Part shown: in pieces, positions 1 to 8,629 of the stretch
How positions within the stretch are numbered: position 1 is the stretch's first letter
How the letters are laid out: each line of letters begins with the position of its first letter
DNA from: a virus
DNA: 64,000 bases
IMG/VR virus record: IMGVR_UViG_3300025141_015556
Reading direction: 5' to 3' (one strand)
Made by a program: the position numbers and the translations under genes
Notes under the pieces: model-generated
Told to the model about the DNA's origin: nothing
Database searches by the model: none
What the model saw: the letters and a program-made list of their open reading frames with translations, nothing else

Positions 1-291
1 TACTTGGCCGGGGCCCGTGGTGGTACCAGAGGCGGGGCACAAAAAATACCCTGTATTATTATGAAGCTCGGCTTCGAGCGAAGCAGAAGAAAATCCCACA
101 CGCAGTTCCGAAGCGCCTTCGTTCTGAATCATAACCCACTTGGTTACATTAGGAAATTGTATTTTAACAGGGCCGCCTACATTTCCACAGTTTACAGCAC
201 CCGTAACGAACGGTTTTCCTGAAACTTGATAAGACCCTACATTTTGTAATCCAGCTCTGTATTGATAAGTTGGGTTCGATGGGTGTGTCAT
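1..291 (-). CDS. Hypothetical, probably virion-associated protein; 3' end lies outside the window and it is absent from the ORF track
   Basis: Open frame from ATG at 291 (MTHPSNPTYQYRAGLQNVGSYQVSGKPFVTGAVNCG...) with no stop before base 1. GGAG SD and the CTATTTA motif lie upstream. Confidence 0.75.
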   Translation of the reverse strand, partial: MTHPSNPTYQYRAGLQNVGSYQVSGKPFVTGAVNCGNVGGPVKIQFPNVTKWVMIQNEGASELRVGFSSASLEAELHNNTGYFLCPASGTTTGPGQV

Positions 292-312
292 TAATATTTC
301 TCCAGCTATACT

Positions 313-319
313 TAAATAG
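313..319 (-). promoter_or_regulatory. Candidate late promoter CTATTTA
   Basis: Intergenic, 22 nt upstream of ATG 291. The same motif sits at similar spacing in four other gaps. Confidence 0.6.
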
Positions 320-333
320 TATTAAGTTTGTAA

Positions 334-549
334 CTAATTCCTTTTATTGCTTTTTCTTTCAAGGCGTTCGCGCTCTCGGATAGCCTTTCTTCGTTTTATT
401 TTTCTTTTAACAGATGGCTTTATATAGTGTGAGCATCTTTCACGATAACTTTCTAAGACTCGCTCCTTTTTAACTTTTTTTATAAAGCGTCTGATCAGCC
501 TATCTGAATTTTCACGTGGGCGCGCGCAAACACTAACATTAATAGCCAC
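334..549 (-). CDS. rpsU: Phage-encoded 30S ribosomal protein bS21
   Basis: 71 aa, very basic. Pattern V..R..E..DRLIRRFIKKVKKE.VL..YRER..YIKPSVKRK.KRRKA matches bS21. GTG start. Confidence 0.88.
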   Translation of the reverse strand: MAINVSVCARPRENSDRLIRRFIKKVKKERVLESYRERCSHYIKPSVKRKIKRRKAIRERERLERKSNKRN

Positions 550-558
550 TGAATATTC

Positions 559-1005
559 CTATTTCCCAGATTCTACATGCGCTTTCCAGTGCTTGCCAAC
601 TGCACCGAATAAGCCGTCTATATTAACGCCCTGATCTGTAGCCTCAACATGTGCTAGGGGGCCTTCGTAAGGTATTGGCGCGCCAGGAGCAGGACCCCCA
701 GATGACAAGGGACTTGTACCTTCAAAAAGGTTAATGCCGTTGTAAGAATCTTTTCCTATTGCATCCAAAAGTTTCTTTTTGTGTGCGTTGAATTTCTCTT
801 TTTGCTCTCTGATTGACCGTTGACGAGCCTCGTCGGACTGAATATTTGATTTACTTTGTGGCTGAGATTCAACAATTTGAGCGGCGCGCAGACCGGTAGT
901 CACCTCCGATATAATTCCTGATAATACGCCGTCTTCAAACATCACCTCCTTTATACATTCTTTTATTAAGGGCTTAAGAATTTCTTTTAATTGTTTTTTA
1001 TTCAT
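559..1005 (-). CDS. Hypothetical head-module protein (possible prohead core or internal protein)
   Basis: Directly downstream of the prohead protease. The N-terminus has repeated L/I-K-E sites (LKEILKPLIKECIKE). Confidence 0.5.
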   Translation of the reverse strand: MNKKQLKEILKPLIKECIKEVMFEDGVLSGIISEVTTGLRAAQIVESQPQSKSNIQSDEARQRSIREQKEKFNAHKKKLLDAIGKDSYNGINLFEGTSPLSSGGPAPGAPIPYEGPLAHVEATDQGVNIDGLFGAVGKHWKAHVESGK

Positions 1006-1608
1006 CTAGTCCTCTAAAATTTCATTTAATACGCGGTTAATTCTGTCTGCCTTTGTAAAGACCTCGTTGATTCTGTTTTTGTTTTCTCGCATCATAAACG
1101 CGCCAGGGGTGGAGGGCTCTGATACCATATCAAAACAGATTAATTGAAAATCGTCTTCGACCATGGTTTTTCCTGCACTTTCAGTAACAGAGCCCAAACC
1201 ACGAGAAGAGATTCCAATAGATACTCCCGAATCCACCAAAGAACGGAGGATGCCGCCAGATGGGGTATCCAAAACCTTCATTTTACCCATAACTTTGTTG
1301 GTATCCATCCAGATATCTGTTATTTGATGAGAGACGTTTCTAAGATTGATAACCGAATCTTCCGGGTGATCAAGTTCACCCAGTGCTCGGTTATCTTTTA
1401 CTAGTTTTTTATAGTTTTTAACCTCTCTTTCCAATATTGCTTGAGGATAAATGCGCCCGTTGCCATTTTGTGTTTCTGCCATTTGCATCATACCAGACAA
1501 CATCATGCCACCTTCGGCAACAAATTTCTTTTCAGCTTCTGTAAGGAGATCCTGACAGGAGCCCCCATCGCAAAGCTCATAATATTCTCGGAGAAGTTGT
1601 TGGGTCAT
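1006..1608 (-). CDS. Prohead core protein protease (T4 gp21-like)
   Basis: Motifs NGNGRIYP, ALGELDHP, VSH, GISSRGLGS and FDMVSEPSTPGA. Start placed at MTQQLLRE (1608), which gives an ATGA overlap with the upstream gene. Confidence 0.93.
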   Translation of the reverse strand: MTQQLLREYYELCDGGSCQDLLTEAEKKFVAEGGMMLSGMMQMAETQNGNGRIYPQAILEREVKNYKKLVKDNRALGELDHPEDSVINLRNVSHQITDIWMDTNKVMGKMKVLDTPSGGILRSLVDSGVSIGISSRGLGSVTESAGKTMVEDDFQLICFDMVSEPSTPGAFMMRENKNRINEVFTKADRINRVLNEILED

Positions 1609-2273
1609 TCCGACGCCCATGGCGATATATTTTCAGGCTCGGGGAGCGCGCCGAGCGTCTGCGCTTGTCGATGCGCGGCTTGCTGGATGCGACCGGTGCC
1701 CCTACCGACACGGCGAGACCGCGGAGAACCGACATGCATAAGGAAAGCCCGTCGGGCGTTCCTTAGCTCCACTTTCATTCTGGTATTATTTTCTTTCTGC
1801 TCTCTTCTTACCAATAGTTTTTCAATGGCCTGCCCGGCCGGTGAACCTACGAGGCCCTCGGGATCTTCTTCATATGTTGGAGAGGTGTAGGCCGGCGGAA
1901 ACGCGGCCTTTGGCTCGCCCGCGGCGGGATTGCTCCAGGGTCTGGTCCGTTTTTCAAGTTCTTTACGAGTCATGCCGGGCTTCTCCTTGCCCGGTAAACC
2001 GGAGCCAACGGGGACCGGTCCTCTATATGGTCTTGAAGGTACGTGTACTTCGCCCGACTGTCCAGTCTTCGGTGAGGCCTCTATTATCTGATATACAAAT
2101 TCAACCAATTCTTGATTGGTAAAGCCATGCCTTAAAAGTGGAACTTCTAATCGTTTTGCTAATTCCTCAATAGCTGGATCTACCGCCTCTAGTAAAATTT
2201 CTCTATCGCGATCAGCCGTCTCATGCAAGAAATATCTTGGATCAATTCTTTTCTTATTTTTTTTATACCTCAT
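1605..2273 (-). CDS. Hypothetical protein with conserved N-terminal leader; candidate internal head protein
   Basis: Begins MRYKKNKKRIDPRYFLHE, shared with 2277..2801. The body is Pro/Gly/Arg-rich. GAGG SD. Confidence 0.6.
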   Translation of the reverse strand: MRYKKNKKRIDPRYFLHETADRDREILLEAVDPAIEELAKRLEVPLLRHGFTNQELVEFVYQIIEASPKTGQSGEVHVPSRPYRGPVPVGSGLPGKEKPGMTRKELEKRTRPWSNPAAGEPKAAFPPAYTSPTYEEDPEGLVGSPAGQAIEKLLVRREQKENNTRMKVELRNARRAFLMHVGSPRSRRVGRGTGRIQQAAHRQAQTLGALPEPENISPWASE

Positions 2274-2276
2274 GAT

Positions 2277-2801
2277 CTATTCCTCTGAAATCTCTCCTTC
2301 GCTGGCTGCAGCGAGGAACTGCCCTAAAAGTTTGGAAATTGCTCTTTGGTCCGCGGCTAACGCTTCTCGATGTCCTCTAAGAATGCCTAAGATATCTGCG
2401 ACAGCTTTAGAATCTGTCAAGCCGAGCTTTTTAGCATCATTTTCTAAATCTTTCAAAGCCTTCCCCATGGGCTTATCAAACTTCAAAAGAAGATTTTCAA
2501 TCTTTTTCTTGTGAAGGTCAATGATCTTTATTTTCTTTCCATAGCCATAAGCCCCCGTGGTGGCTCCTGCTATCGGAGTTTCCTCGGGAACTTTTCCGCC
2601 GCCGACCGCGGTGCGGATTGCGGAGGCTCTTTTGCCAACTGCTTTGCCGGCAGCCCCTACGGCACCCTTGGCTCCTGCGAAGCGACTCCGGAGTCGGTCG
2701 AAGACCCCCTCTTCAATTGCTTCGAGTTCCTTCTGGGTGAGGCCCTGCTCTTCCAAGAAATACCTAGGATCAATTCTTTTTGTATTTTTTCTGCGTGCCA
2801 T
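2277..2801 (-). CDS. Hypothetical protein with conserved N-terminal leader; candidate internal head protein
   Basis: Begins MARRKNTKRIDPRYFLEE, followed by a Gly/Ala-rich then helical body. GAGG SD. Confidence 0.6.
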   Translation of the reverse strand: MARRKNTKRIDPRYFLEEQGLTQKELEAIEEGVFDRLRSRFAGAKGAVGAAGKAVGKRASAIRTAVGGGKVPEETPIAGATTGAYGYGKKIKIIDLHKKKIENLLLKFDKPMGKALKDLENDAKKLGLTDSKAVADILGILRGHREALAADQRAISKLLGQFLAAASEGEISEE

Positions 2802-2821
2802 TGTATTATCCTCTTAAGCAG

Positions 2822-2872
2822 TCAACTACCCTTGCAACACCGTCGTACTGGTTGTAACATCCATTTAGTCAT
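2822..2872 (-). CDS. Putative 16-aa micropeptide MTKWMLQPVRRCCKGS (not in the ORF track)
   Basis: AAGGAG SD 6 nt before the ATG. It overlaps the stop of 2865..3191 and fills an otherwise empty gap. Confidence 0.5.
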   Translation of the reverse strand: MTKWMLQPVRRCCKGS

Positions 2873-3191
2873 GTCGTTCTCCTTTTCCTATTTGTATCCC
2901 GTCGTCGCAGATAATCACATTTAAAGCATATGATGTACCAGAACTCAGGCATCCAAGCAAAAATCCAGTTAAAAGATTATTGCCATCAAAAATAAATAGT
3001 TCCGTATAGTTATTAACGCCCCATAGAAATACGCCAACCCAAAATCCTATGCACATGGGGCAAGAAAAAAAATAATGTTTAGGTCTAATGCGATCTAAAA
3101 GCTTTGAAAAACAAAGCATCTGTGTAAGTCCATAAGCACAAAGAATGAAAAAAACCAAACTTTCAAGAATGGGCCACATTATGACTTGCAT
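2865..3191 (-). CDS. Small multi-TM membrane protein with CxxC motif (DUF1360-like)
   Basis: About three hydrophobic segments. FFSCPMCIGFWVG lies at the start of a TM helix. Confidence 0.6.
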   Translation of the reverse strand: MQVIMWPILESLVFFILCAYGLTQMLCFSKLLDRIRPKHYFFSCPMCIGFWVGVFLWGVNNYTELFIFDGNNLLTGFLLGCLSSGTSYALNVIICDDGIQIGKGERHD

Positions 3192-3192
3192 T

Positions 3193-3699
3193 TTAATATC
3201 TGTATCTTAATGGAATATAATAGTAACCCGGTCGCATGGCGCCCTTTTCGGCCTCTTGTGGAACTTCCCCGAGTTCTGTGCTGTCTCGATCGGTTGGATT
3301 TATGTAATAATCCTCCAGCTCTTTTTCATACGAATCAACAACAAGCTTAAGCTCTTCTTCTTCTTTTAAAAATTCAGAAATAACATACACAGCGGACTGC
3401 AAAGAATTCGCTTGTTTTGCTTCTGGAATTGCAGCCTCCAAAGAATTAAATATATTGCCCCCTTGAACCGATTCCCTTTCAACAACCCCCTTGTCTGCCA
3501 AATACTCAAAAAATCTAGACTGAATTGAGTAAGTATCTTCCATCGCAATGTCTTTTGGGAAGGCAATAACCTTATTCCCTTCTGGCAAAACGACAATATC
3601 AATTTTATCGTGATCCATAATCAAAAGATTGCCATCAAGCGTTTTTCTGGCGTTTAGCTCAACTGATGCTTGCGGCCCGCCGATGTCAATTTTAATCAT
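3193..3699 (-). CDS. Hypothetical head-module protein
   Basis: Likely start MIKIDIGG (3699), overlapping the stop of the upstream gene. Acidic C-terminal part. Confidence 0.6.
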   Translation of the reverse strand: MIKIDIGGPQASVELNARKTLDGNLLIMDHDKIDIVVLPEGNKVIAFPKDIAMEDTYSIQSRFFEYLADKGVVERESVQGGNIFNSLEAAIPEAKQANSLQSAVYVISEFLKEEEELKLVVDSYEKELEDYYINPTDRDSTELGEVPQEAEKGAMRPGYYYIPLRYRY

Positions 3700-4513
3700 T
3701 TGATCCGATTTCCTTAACAAGGTTCTGAATTTTAAGTACCGATAGAATCAATTCTTTGCCTAAAACGCTTGTTCTAAATTCTTCTAGTTTGTTTATCACT
3801 CTTTTTGCTTTTAAAAGCATGTCTTCATCAGTGTATATTTCTTCCATTTTTAAGGCGCCTTTAATTTCTTTTTTAAGGCGACCAATCTCTTCATTTAAAT
3901 AAGCTTTGAGCTCAATTCCGTTATCAGCAAAAGAAGAAATGTACTTACCCAAAAGAACTTTCTGTTCTTCCAAAAGAGAATTATATTCTTGATTATATTT
4001 TTCAACAAAAGATCGGTAAACCAAACTATCAACATGTTTCATTTCTTCAGCGCTTGTTTGAGTTCCTGACATTGTTTTTAATATTGCATCTTCGTACAAC
4101 ACACGCTGTTTTATAGGCGTTAGAGAATTAAAAATTGAGGAGACAGTCGCAAGAGATTTAAAATTTGGCACAAAATTGTTCCAAATGGCGCCGCCGAGTT
4201 CTTTATTAATTTTTTTAATTAGGCGTGTCTGTGTGTAAAACAACTTCTTCTTGTCTAGGGTTCGATGTGATTCTTTGACTTCGTTTAATAACTTTTCCGC
4301 GATAGTGGGCGCCACTTCGGTGGTCTCTAAAAGGGCTTTGTATAAATCGAACTCTTCGAACAGAATACTATTTTTATTAAAGTGCCCCCTTATGATTGAT
4401 ATAACAAGATCTCTTTTTTGAATATCTTTATGAATCAAAGATTTTGTTAATTCTCGTACGAGTACCTCATACAAAAATGCGGTATTACGCTTTTTATTGT
4501 GCTTTTTCCTCAC
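3692..4513 (-). CDS. Hypothetical helical protein downstream of the portal (possible prohead core component)
   Basis: 273 aa, overlapping the portal stop. The N-terminus MRKKHNKKRNTAFLYE resembles the leaders of 1605..2273 and 2277..2801. Confidence 0.6.
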   Translation of the reverse strand: MRKKHNKKRNTAFLYEVLVRELTKSLIHKDIQKRDLVISIIRGHFNKNSILFEEFDLYKALLETTEVAPTIAEKLLNEVKESHRTLDKKKLFYTQTRLIKKINKELGGAIWNNFVPNFKSLATVSSIFNSLTPIKQRVLYEDAILKTMSGTQTSAEEMKHVDSLVYRSFVEKYNQEYNSLLEEQKVLLGKYISSFADNGIELKAYLNEEIGRLKKEIKGALKMEEIYTDEDMLLKAKRVINKLEEFRTSVLGKELILSVLKIQNLVKEIGSND

Positions 4514-6488
4514 CTGTATTGCTCTCCATTATTGTATTTTTTGCCTCTAACTCGTCAATCAACTTTCTGACAGCAGCAGAATTTTCTAAAAACTGTTGCT
4601 CGCCTTCGTCCCTATAACTAGGTTGCAAGTTTTCATAAAGAGAGTTTATGTTTAAAAGGTCACTCCCTTTAAATATGTCTCTACGCGCACTTGCTTTAAC
4701 TGGACGTAGGTGGCTTTGTGATGTTCTCTTCGTAGGCCCAGACTTGTTTGTTTTTCTTTTATCTTTTATTTTCTTTACCGGATGGTACTCGCTCTTTGAG
4801 TATTTGTGGGGCGTGTCTTCTCTCCTTGCCGGCGCCGCCAGAAGGGAGCTCTCTTCTCCCTCGCCTTCTGGTTCTGTGCCCGGCGCTTCGGCGCCTAGAG
4901 CACCCGCTTCAGTGCCTGGAATTTCGGCGCCGAGTTCGTCGAGTTCCGGCTCCAAACCTAAATCTCCTCCAGGGGCCCCGAGACCCCCCATACCCATGCC
5001 GGCCTCTTCGGCTGCCATTTCTGCGACGGCCTCAAGAGAAGCTTGATATTTACGATCATAATAAGCCTCACGCTGATTGCGTAAAAATTCTTCATCCGAT
5101 TGCGCAAAAACGTTCTTAGAAATCCATCTCTTACTAAACATTCCTTCTGTTACGCTGTTAGCAATTTCAAACTTTGTACGCATGTGCTCTAATTGTTGCA
5201 TTTCAGCTAATTTGGAGGGGTTATTTAAAACGAGTTTAAATGAAATTAAATCTTGCCCTCGATAGCCAAGCGTAAAAAGATGGACAACGGCAATTTTTTC
5301 TAATTCCGAGACTAGCGTACGTTGCAGTCGTTGTATTGTTCTGGAGAACCGGATATCTTTTTGTGCTAATGTTGTCTTATCTTCTTCAGCGCCTTCCCCC
5401 GAAGACAAATATGATTGAGGAATCTTAATTGCTGAAAAGAGTTTATCTCTAACATATTTAACGTCTTCAATATCGTTGAGACTTGCGGCGCCCGGAAGCG
5501 TTGTTATATCTGATCCTACACCGCCCCTCATAGGAATAAAATAATCTTCTTCAACTGAAAGGGGGTTATATCGTAAATCCACTTTCCCAGTCGTTGCGTT
5601 TACAAGAGCATTTCTTTTTAAGGAAGTCTTTACCTTTTCCATATATTGCTCAACATCGTGAGGTGGTATATTGCCAACATCGATCTTAAAGACACGTCGT
5701 TCTGGCGCGCGAACAACCCTGTAGGCCAACATTGCATCTTCAATTAAAACTAATTGTCTCCAGATTCTACGGGCCGGCTCCAAAATTGAAGTACCGTACG
5801 GTGCATTCTTATCATTGCCAAGAATTCTAAAATGCCCAACTTGCCAATTTTCGAATGTCATCTGTGCACTATTCCACTGATACTGAACATAATTTGGATT
5901 TGTTGAATCTTGTCCTTCTAGCCTCTCTACTTCGTTTGGTGGCAAGCCAATAACATTTTTGACGCCGATTGCTTCATCGATGTCTAAATACAAAAAGAAA
6001 TCGCCATATTTGCACATCGTGCGGGCCCAGCCAAATGCATTAAATTCAATATTTAAAGCATCATAAAAAAGACTATGTAAAATTGTTTTAATTTCATCAT
6101 TTCGGCACTCTATTTCCATAAGCTGATTATATTCATTAGAGGTTGTCATTTCATCGGCGTAGATATCCAACGCAGAGGCAATCTCGGGCATATATTCCAT
6201 CTGATCAAAATCAATATACCTTTCATTGCGGTTTTGATTCCGCATTGCCATAGAGGTTAATAGGTTGTAGTTTCTAGATAAATTATCCTGAGCTGCCTTA
6301 AATTGTTGGCCACTAAGGCTCTTAAATCGGTGTTTATATTTATCAAGTGCAACACGGCGGTCTTGTCGCGTAAATTGAGCGCGATAGTTTATTAACGGAC
6401 CAGAAAATAGTCGGGTTAATCTTTTAAAAAGAGGAGAGCCCGGGTTTCTTGGATTGTTGGTGTGTTTAATGTTGTTGTCGGATGCCAT
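4494..6488 (-). CDS. Portal protein (T4 gp20-like) with long C-terminal extension
   Basis: Motifs PEIASALDIYADE, QLVLIEDAMLAYRVVRAPERRVFKIDVGNIP, EEDYFIP, ITTLPG and DIRFSRTIQRLQ. Confidence 0.95.
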   Translation of the reverse strand: MASDNNIKHTNNPRNPGSPLFKRLTRLFSGPLINYRAQFTRQDRRVALDKYKHRFKSLSGQQFKAAQDNLSRNYNLLTSMAMRNQNRNERYIDFDQMEYMPEIASALDIYADEMTTSNEYNQLMEIECRNDEIKTILHSLFYDALNIEFNAFGWARTMCKYGDFFLYLDIDEAIGVKNVIGLPPNEVERLEGQDSTNPNYVQYQWNSAQMTFENWQVGHFRILGNDKNAPYGTSILEPARRIWRQLVLIEDAMLAYRVVRAPERRVFKIDVGNIPPHDVEQYMEKVKTSLKRNALVNATTGKVDLRYNPLSVEEDYFIPMRGGVGSDITTLPGAASLNDIEDVKYVRDKLFSAIKIPQSYLSSGEGAEEDKTTLAQKDIRFSRTIQRLQRTLVSELEKIAVVHLFTLGYRGQDLISFKLVLNNPSKLAEMQQLEHMRTKFEIANSVTEGMFSKRWISKNVFAQSDEEFLRNQREAYYDRKYQASLEAVAEMAAEEAGMGMGGLGAPGGDLGLEPELDELGAEIPGTEAGALGAEAPGTEPEGEGEESSLLAAPARREDTPHKYSKSEYHPVKKIKDKRKTNKSGPTKRTSQSHLRPVKASARRDIFKGSDLLNINSLYENLQPSYRDEGEQQFLENSAAVRKLIDELEAKNTIMESNTGEEKAQ

Positions 6489-6491
6489 TTA

Positions 6492-8078
6492 TTAACCCTT
6501 TATAATAGTCATATATTGATCATTGAATTCCTGCGCATTTGCTGATTGTTCAACAAGTTTGGTTGCTTTGTGTCCGAGTTGGCCCGGAATAGTAGTAGAG
6601 AACTTAGTCTCTTTGGAAGAGATAGAAGAGATAAATTGTTTACTATATTCAACTCCTCGCTGGTTTTCCACCAAAACTGTATCCCTCACCCAACAACCAA
6701 TTGCTAAAGACATTATCAAATCATCATTATAACCCCTCATAGCCTGCGGTCGCCCATTATGCCAAATAAATGTTTTCATTTCTGAAATCAAGCGGTTAGA
6801 GTACAACTTAATTAGTTTGTTTCTCATAAACTCTTCCATTTTGGCAATAATGAGGGGTCTTGTTTTTGTCGAGGTGGTAAATCCCGGTATCGCATTCGTT
6901 TGCCATTGTGCTGTGATGGGATCAACGTAATCATGGGAACCTTTTGCAGAGTGATAAATATTATTATAGCCTTTATCTAATAGTTTTTTAAGAACAGCAA
7001 AGCCTATGTTATTGTTTTCAGCGACAATCATACAGTCGCCATATTCCTTGCCAACATTATAGAGCATATCAGCATAATCATCAGGAGTGGGTTTCCCTAT
7101 ATATTCTGCCGCAATAGACAAATCGGTTAAATCAAAAACGTGAAATGCAGAATTATCAGCCCCATCGCCACGAGCTATGTCAGCTGCGATCATATATGAT
7201 TTTTCAGGATTATATTCTTCCCAAATCCAATAGTTCCTATCAAAACCGGTGCGGTATTTTGGTTCACAAGCTTTTTCTATATACCACATCAAATCATCCG
7301 AATGAACAACTGTTTCGCCTGAAACATTAAAATTGCATTCAAGCTCTTGTGCAATTTGTCGTCGCGACATATTTTTGGTTTCTTTTTCAAACCATAGGCG
7401 GTCTCGATCTGGATGTACGTCCCACATCAAAGTGGTCATAAAAAAGTTGTTGGTACCACTTTCTGCCTCTACGCATGTTTTATGAAACCAATTGCCTACC
7501 CCATTGGGAGTAGACAGAGCGATACAACGACCTCCAGTTGATAAAGTGGGGTATAATGCTGTCCACAGCTCCTCTAATTTCTCAACATGGGCAGCCTCAT
7601 CGATAACCAACAAAGACAGAGCCTCTGAGCGGCCGACATCCCCCGATGTTGAGGCGGCTTTAATTTGTGATCCGTTATATAATTCAAAAGAGGTTCTATT
7701 ATCAATTGAAATCTCGGAGATGCGCATCCACTTTGGGAGGCTTTTCATAATTTTTTTAACTTTTCGTACAAGATTGGTGGATGTTTGTAATTTAGTGGCC
7801 ACGACAAGAATATTTTTATCGCGATGAAACAACATCAACCATACAACATATGCCGCCGTAATGGTCGATATTCCAAGCTGTCTTGCTTTCAATACAACAT
7901 TAAAACGATAATCATTAAAATCTTTTAAAAGATCTTTTTGGTATTCATAGGCATTAAAAGGAATAATGCCCCTTTGGGGGTGAGAAATCTTACAGTAATT
8001 TGTAGTAAAATAAGCCGGATCTTTACCGGCTTTAACGACTTCTTTAACTATTTCCTGTTTAGAGAGACTGTACCCCAT
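6492..8078 (-). CDS. terL: Terminase large subunit (T4 gp17-like)
   Basis: Walker A VLKARQLGIST, Walker B LLVIDEAAH, motif III LSTPNG, and RNase H-like nuclease motifs AADIARGDGADNS and NDDLIMS. Confidence 0.95.
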   Translation of the reverse strand: MGYSLSKQEIVKEVVKAGKDPAYFTTNYCKISHPQRGIIPFNAYEYQKDLLKDFNDYRFNVVLKARQLGISTITAAYVVWLMLFHRDKNILVVATKLQTSTNLVRKVKKIMKSLPKWMRISEISIDNRTSFELYNGSQIKAASTSGDVGRSEALSLLVIDEAAHVEKLEELWTALYPTLSTGGRCIALSTPNGVGNWFHKTCVEAESGTNNFFMTTLMWDVHPDRDRLWFEKETKNMSRRQIAQELECNFNVSGETVVHSDDLMWYIEKACEPKYRTGFDRNYWIWEEYNPEKSYMIAADIARGDGADNSAFHVFDLTDLSIAAEYIGKPTPDDYADMLYNVGKEYGDCMIVAENNNIGFAVLKKLLDKGYNNIYHSAKGSHDYVDPITAQWQTNAIPGFTTSTKTRPLIIAKMEEFMRNKLIKLYSNRLISEMKTFIWHNGRPQAMRGYNDDLIMSLAIGCWVRDTVLVENQRGVEYSKQFISSISSKETKFSTTIPGQLGHKATKLVEQSANAQEFNDQYMTIIKG

Positions 8079-8086
8079 GCCACAAG

Positions 8087-8629
8087 TTATTTACCTCGTG
8101 TATCGTTTGAAGGGCGCTTTTTGCCCGGGCCGAGAGCTAAAAACTTTTTGTAAGTGTCTTGCAGTTTATCTTCAGAAGGGCCCTTAACTTCATCAACATC
8201 TCCAATGCCGCCAATTTTATAATCACACGTGGCACACACGTCTGTTCTATAGTTTGAAAGCTTTTGTACAATAATTGATGGAGATCCTACCTTGGTCAAT
8301 GTTAAGCCGTTCCCAGTAACTGCTTTATATTCTTTTTTAAGGAAGGAGGCAACTTTACCTATCATTCCGGTGATTTCATTTTCAAAACCATTCTGTGCCA
8401 CCTCTTTAAGGCGAACCTCTGATTGGTAGAGGATCGTTAAATGAGGACCGCGGAAACGAACCTTAAATCCGTCGGATATGCGCTTATCATTAATAAGGTG
8501 TCCCTCTTCACGTTTTAGGCCCACTTTACGAGCCCTTCCGTCCGCATTCAAAGACTTTTCATGAGAGCCATCGTAAGCATTTGCAGCTGCTTGTGATATC
8601 CCCTGAATTATTTCTAATGTTGTGGCCAT
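8087..8629 (-). CDS. Hypothetical protein
   Basis: 180-aa ORF packed between its neighbours. No family recognised. Confidence 0.6.
   Translation of the reverse strand: MATTLEIIQGISQAAANAYDGSHEKSLNADGRARKVGLKREEGHLINDKRISDGFKVRFRGPHLTILYQSEVRLKEVAQNGFENEITGMIGKVASFLKKEYKAVTGNGLTLTKVGSPSIIVQKLSNYRTDVCATCDYKIGGIGDVDEVKGPSEDKLQDTYKKFLALGPGKKRPSNDTRGK

Noticed and set aside
2790-2824. Selenocysteine readthrough of the micropeptide TGA
   Set aside because: No SECIS-like hairpin is evident, and the following bases form the SD and start of the next gene.
6492-8078. Intein or intron in terminase, portal or primase
   Set aside because: Lengths and motif spacing are normal. No splice-junction or homing-endonuclease motifs were seen.
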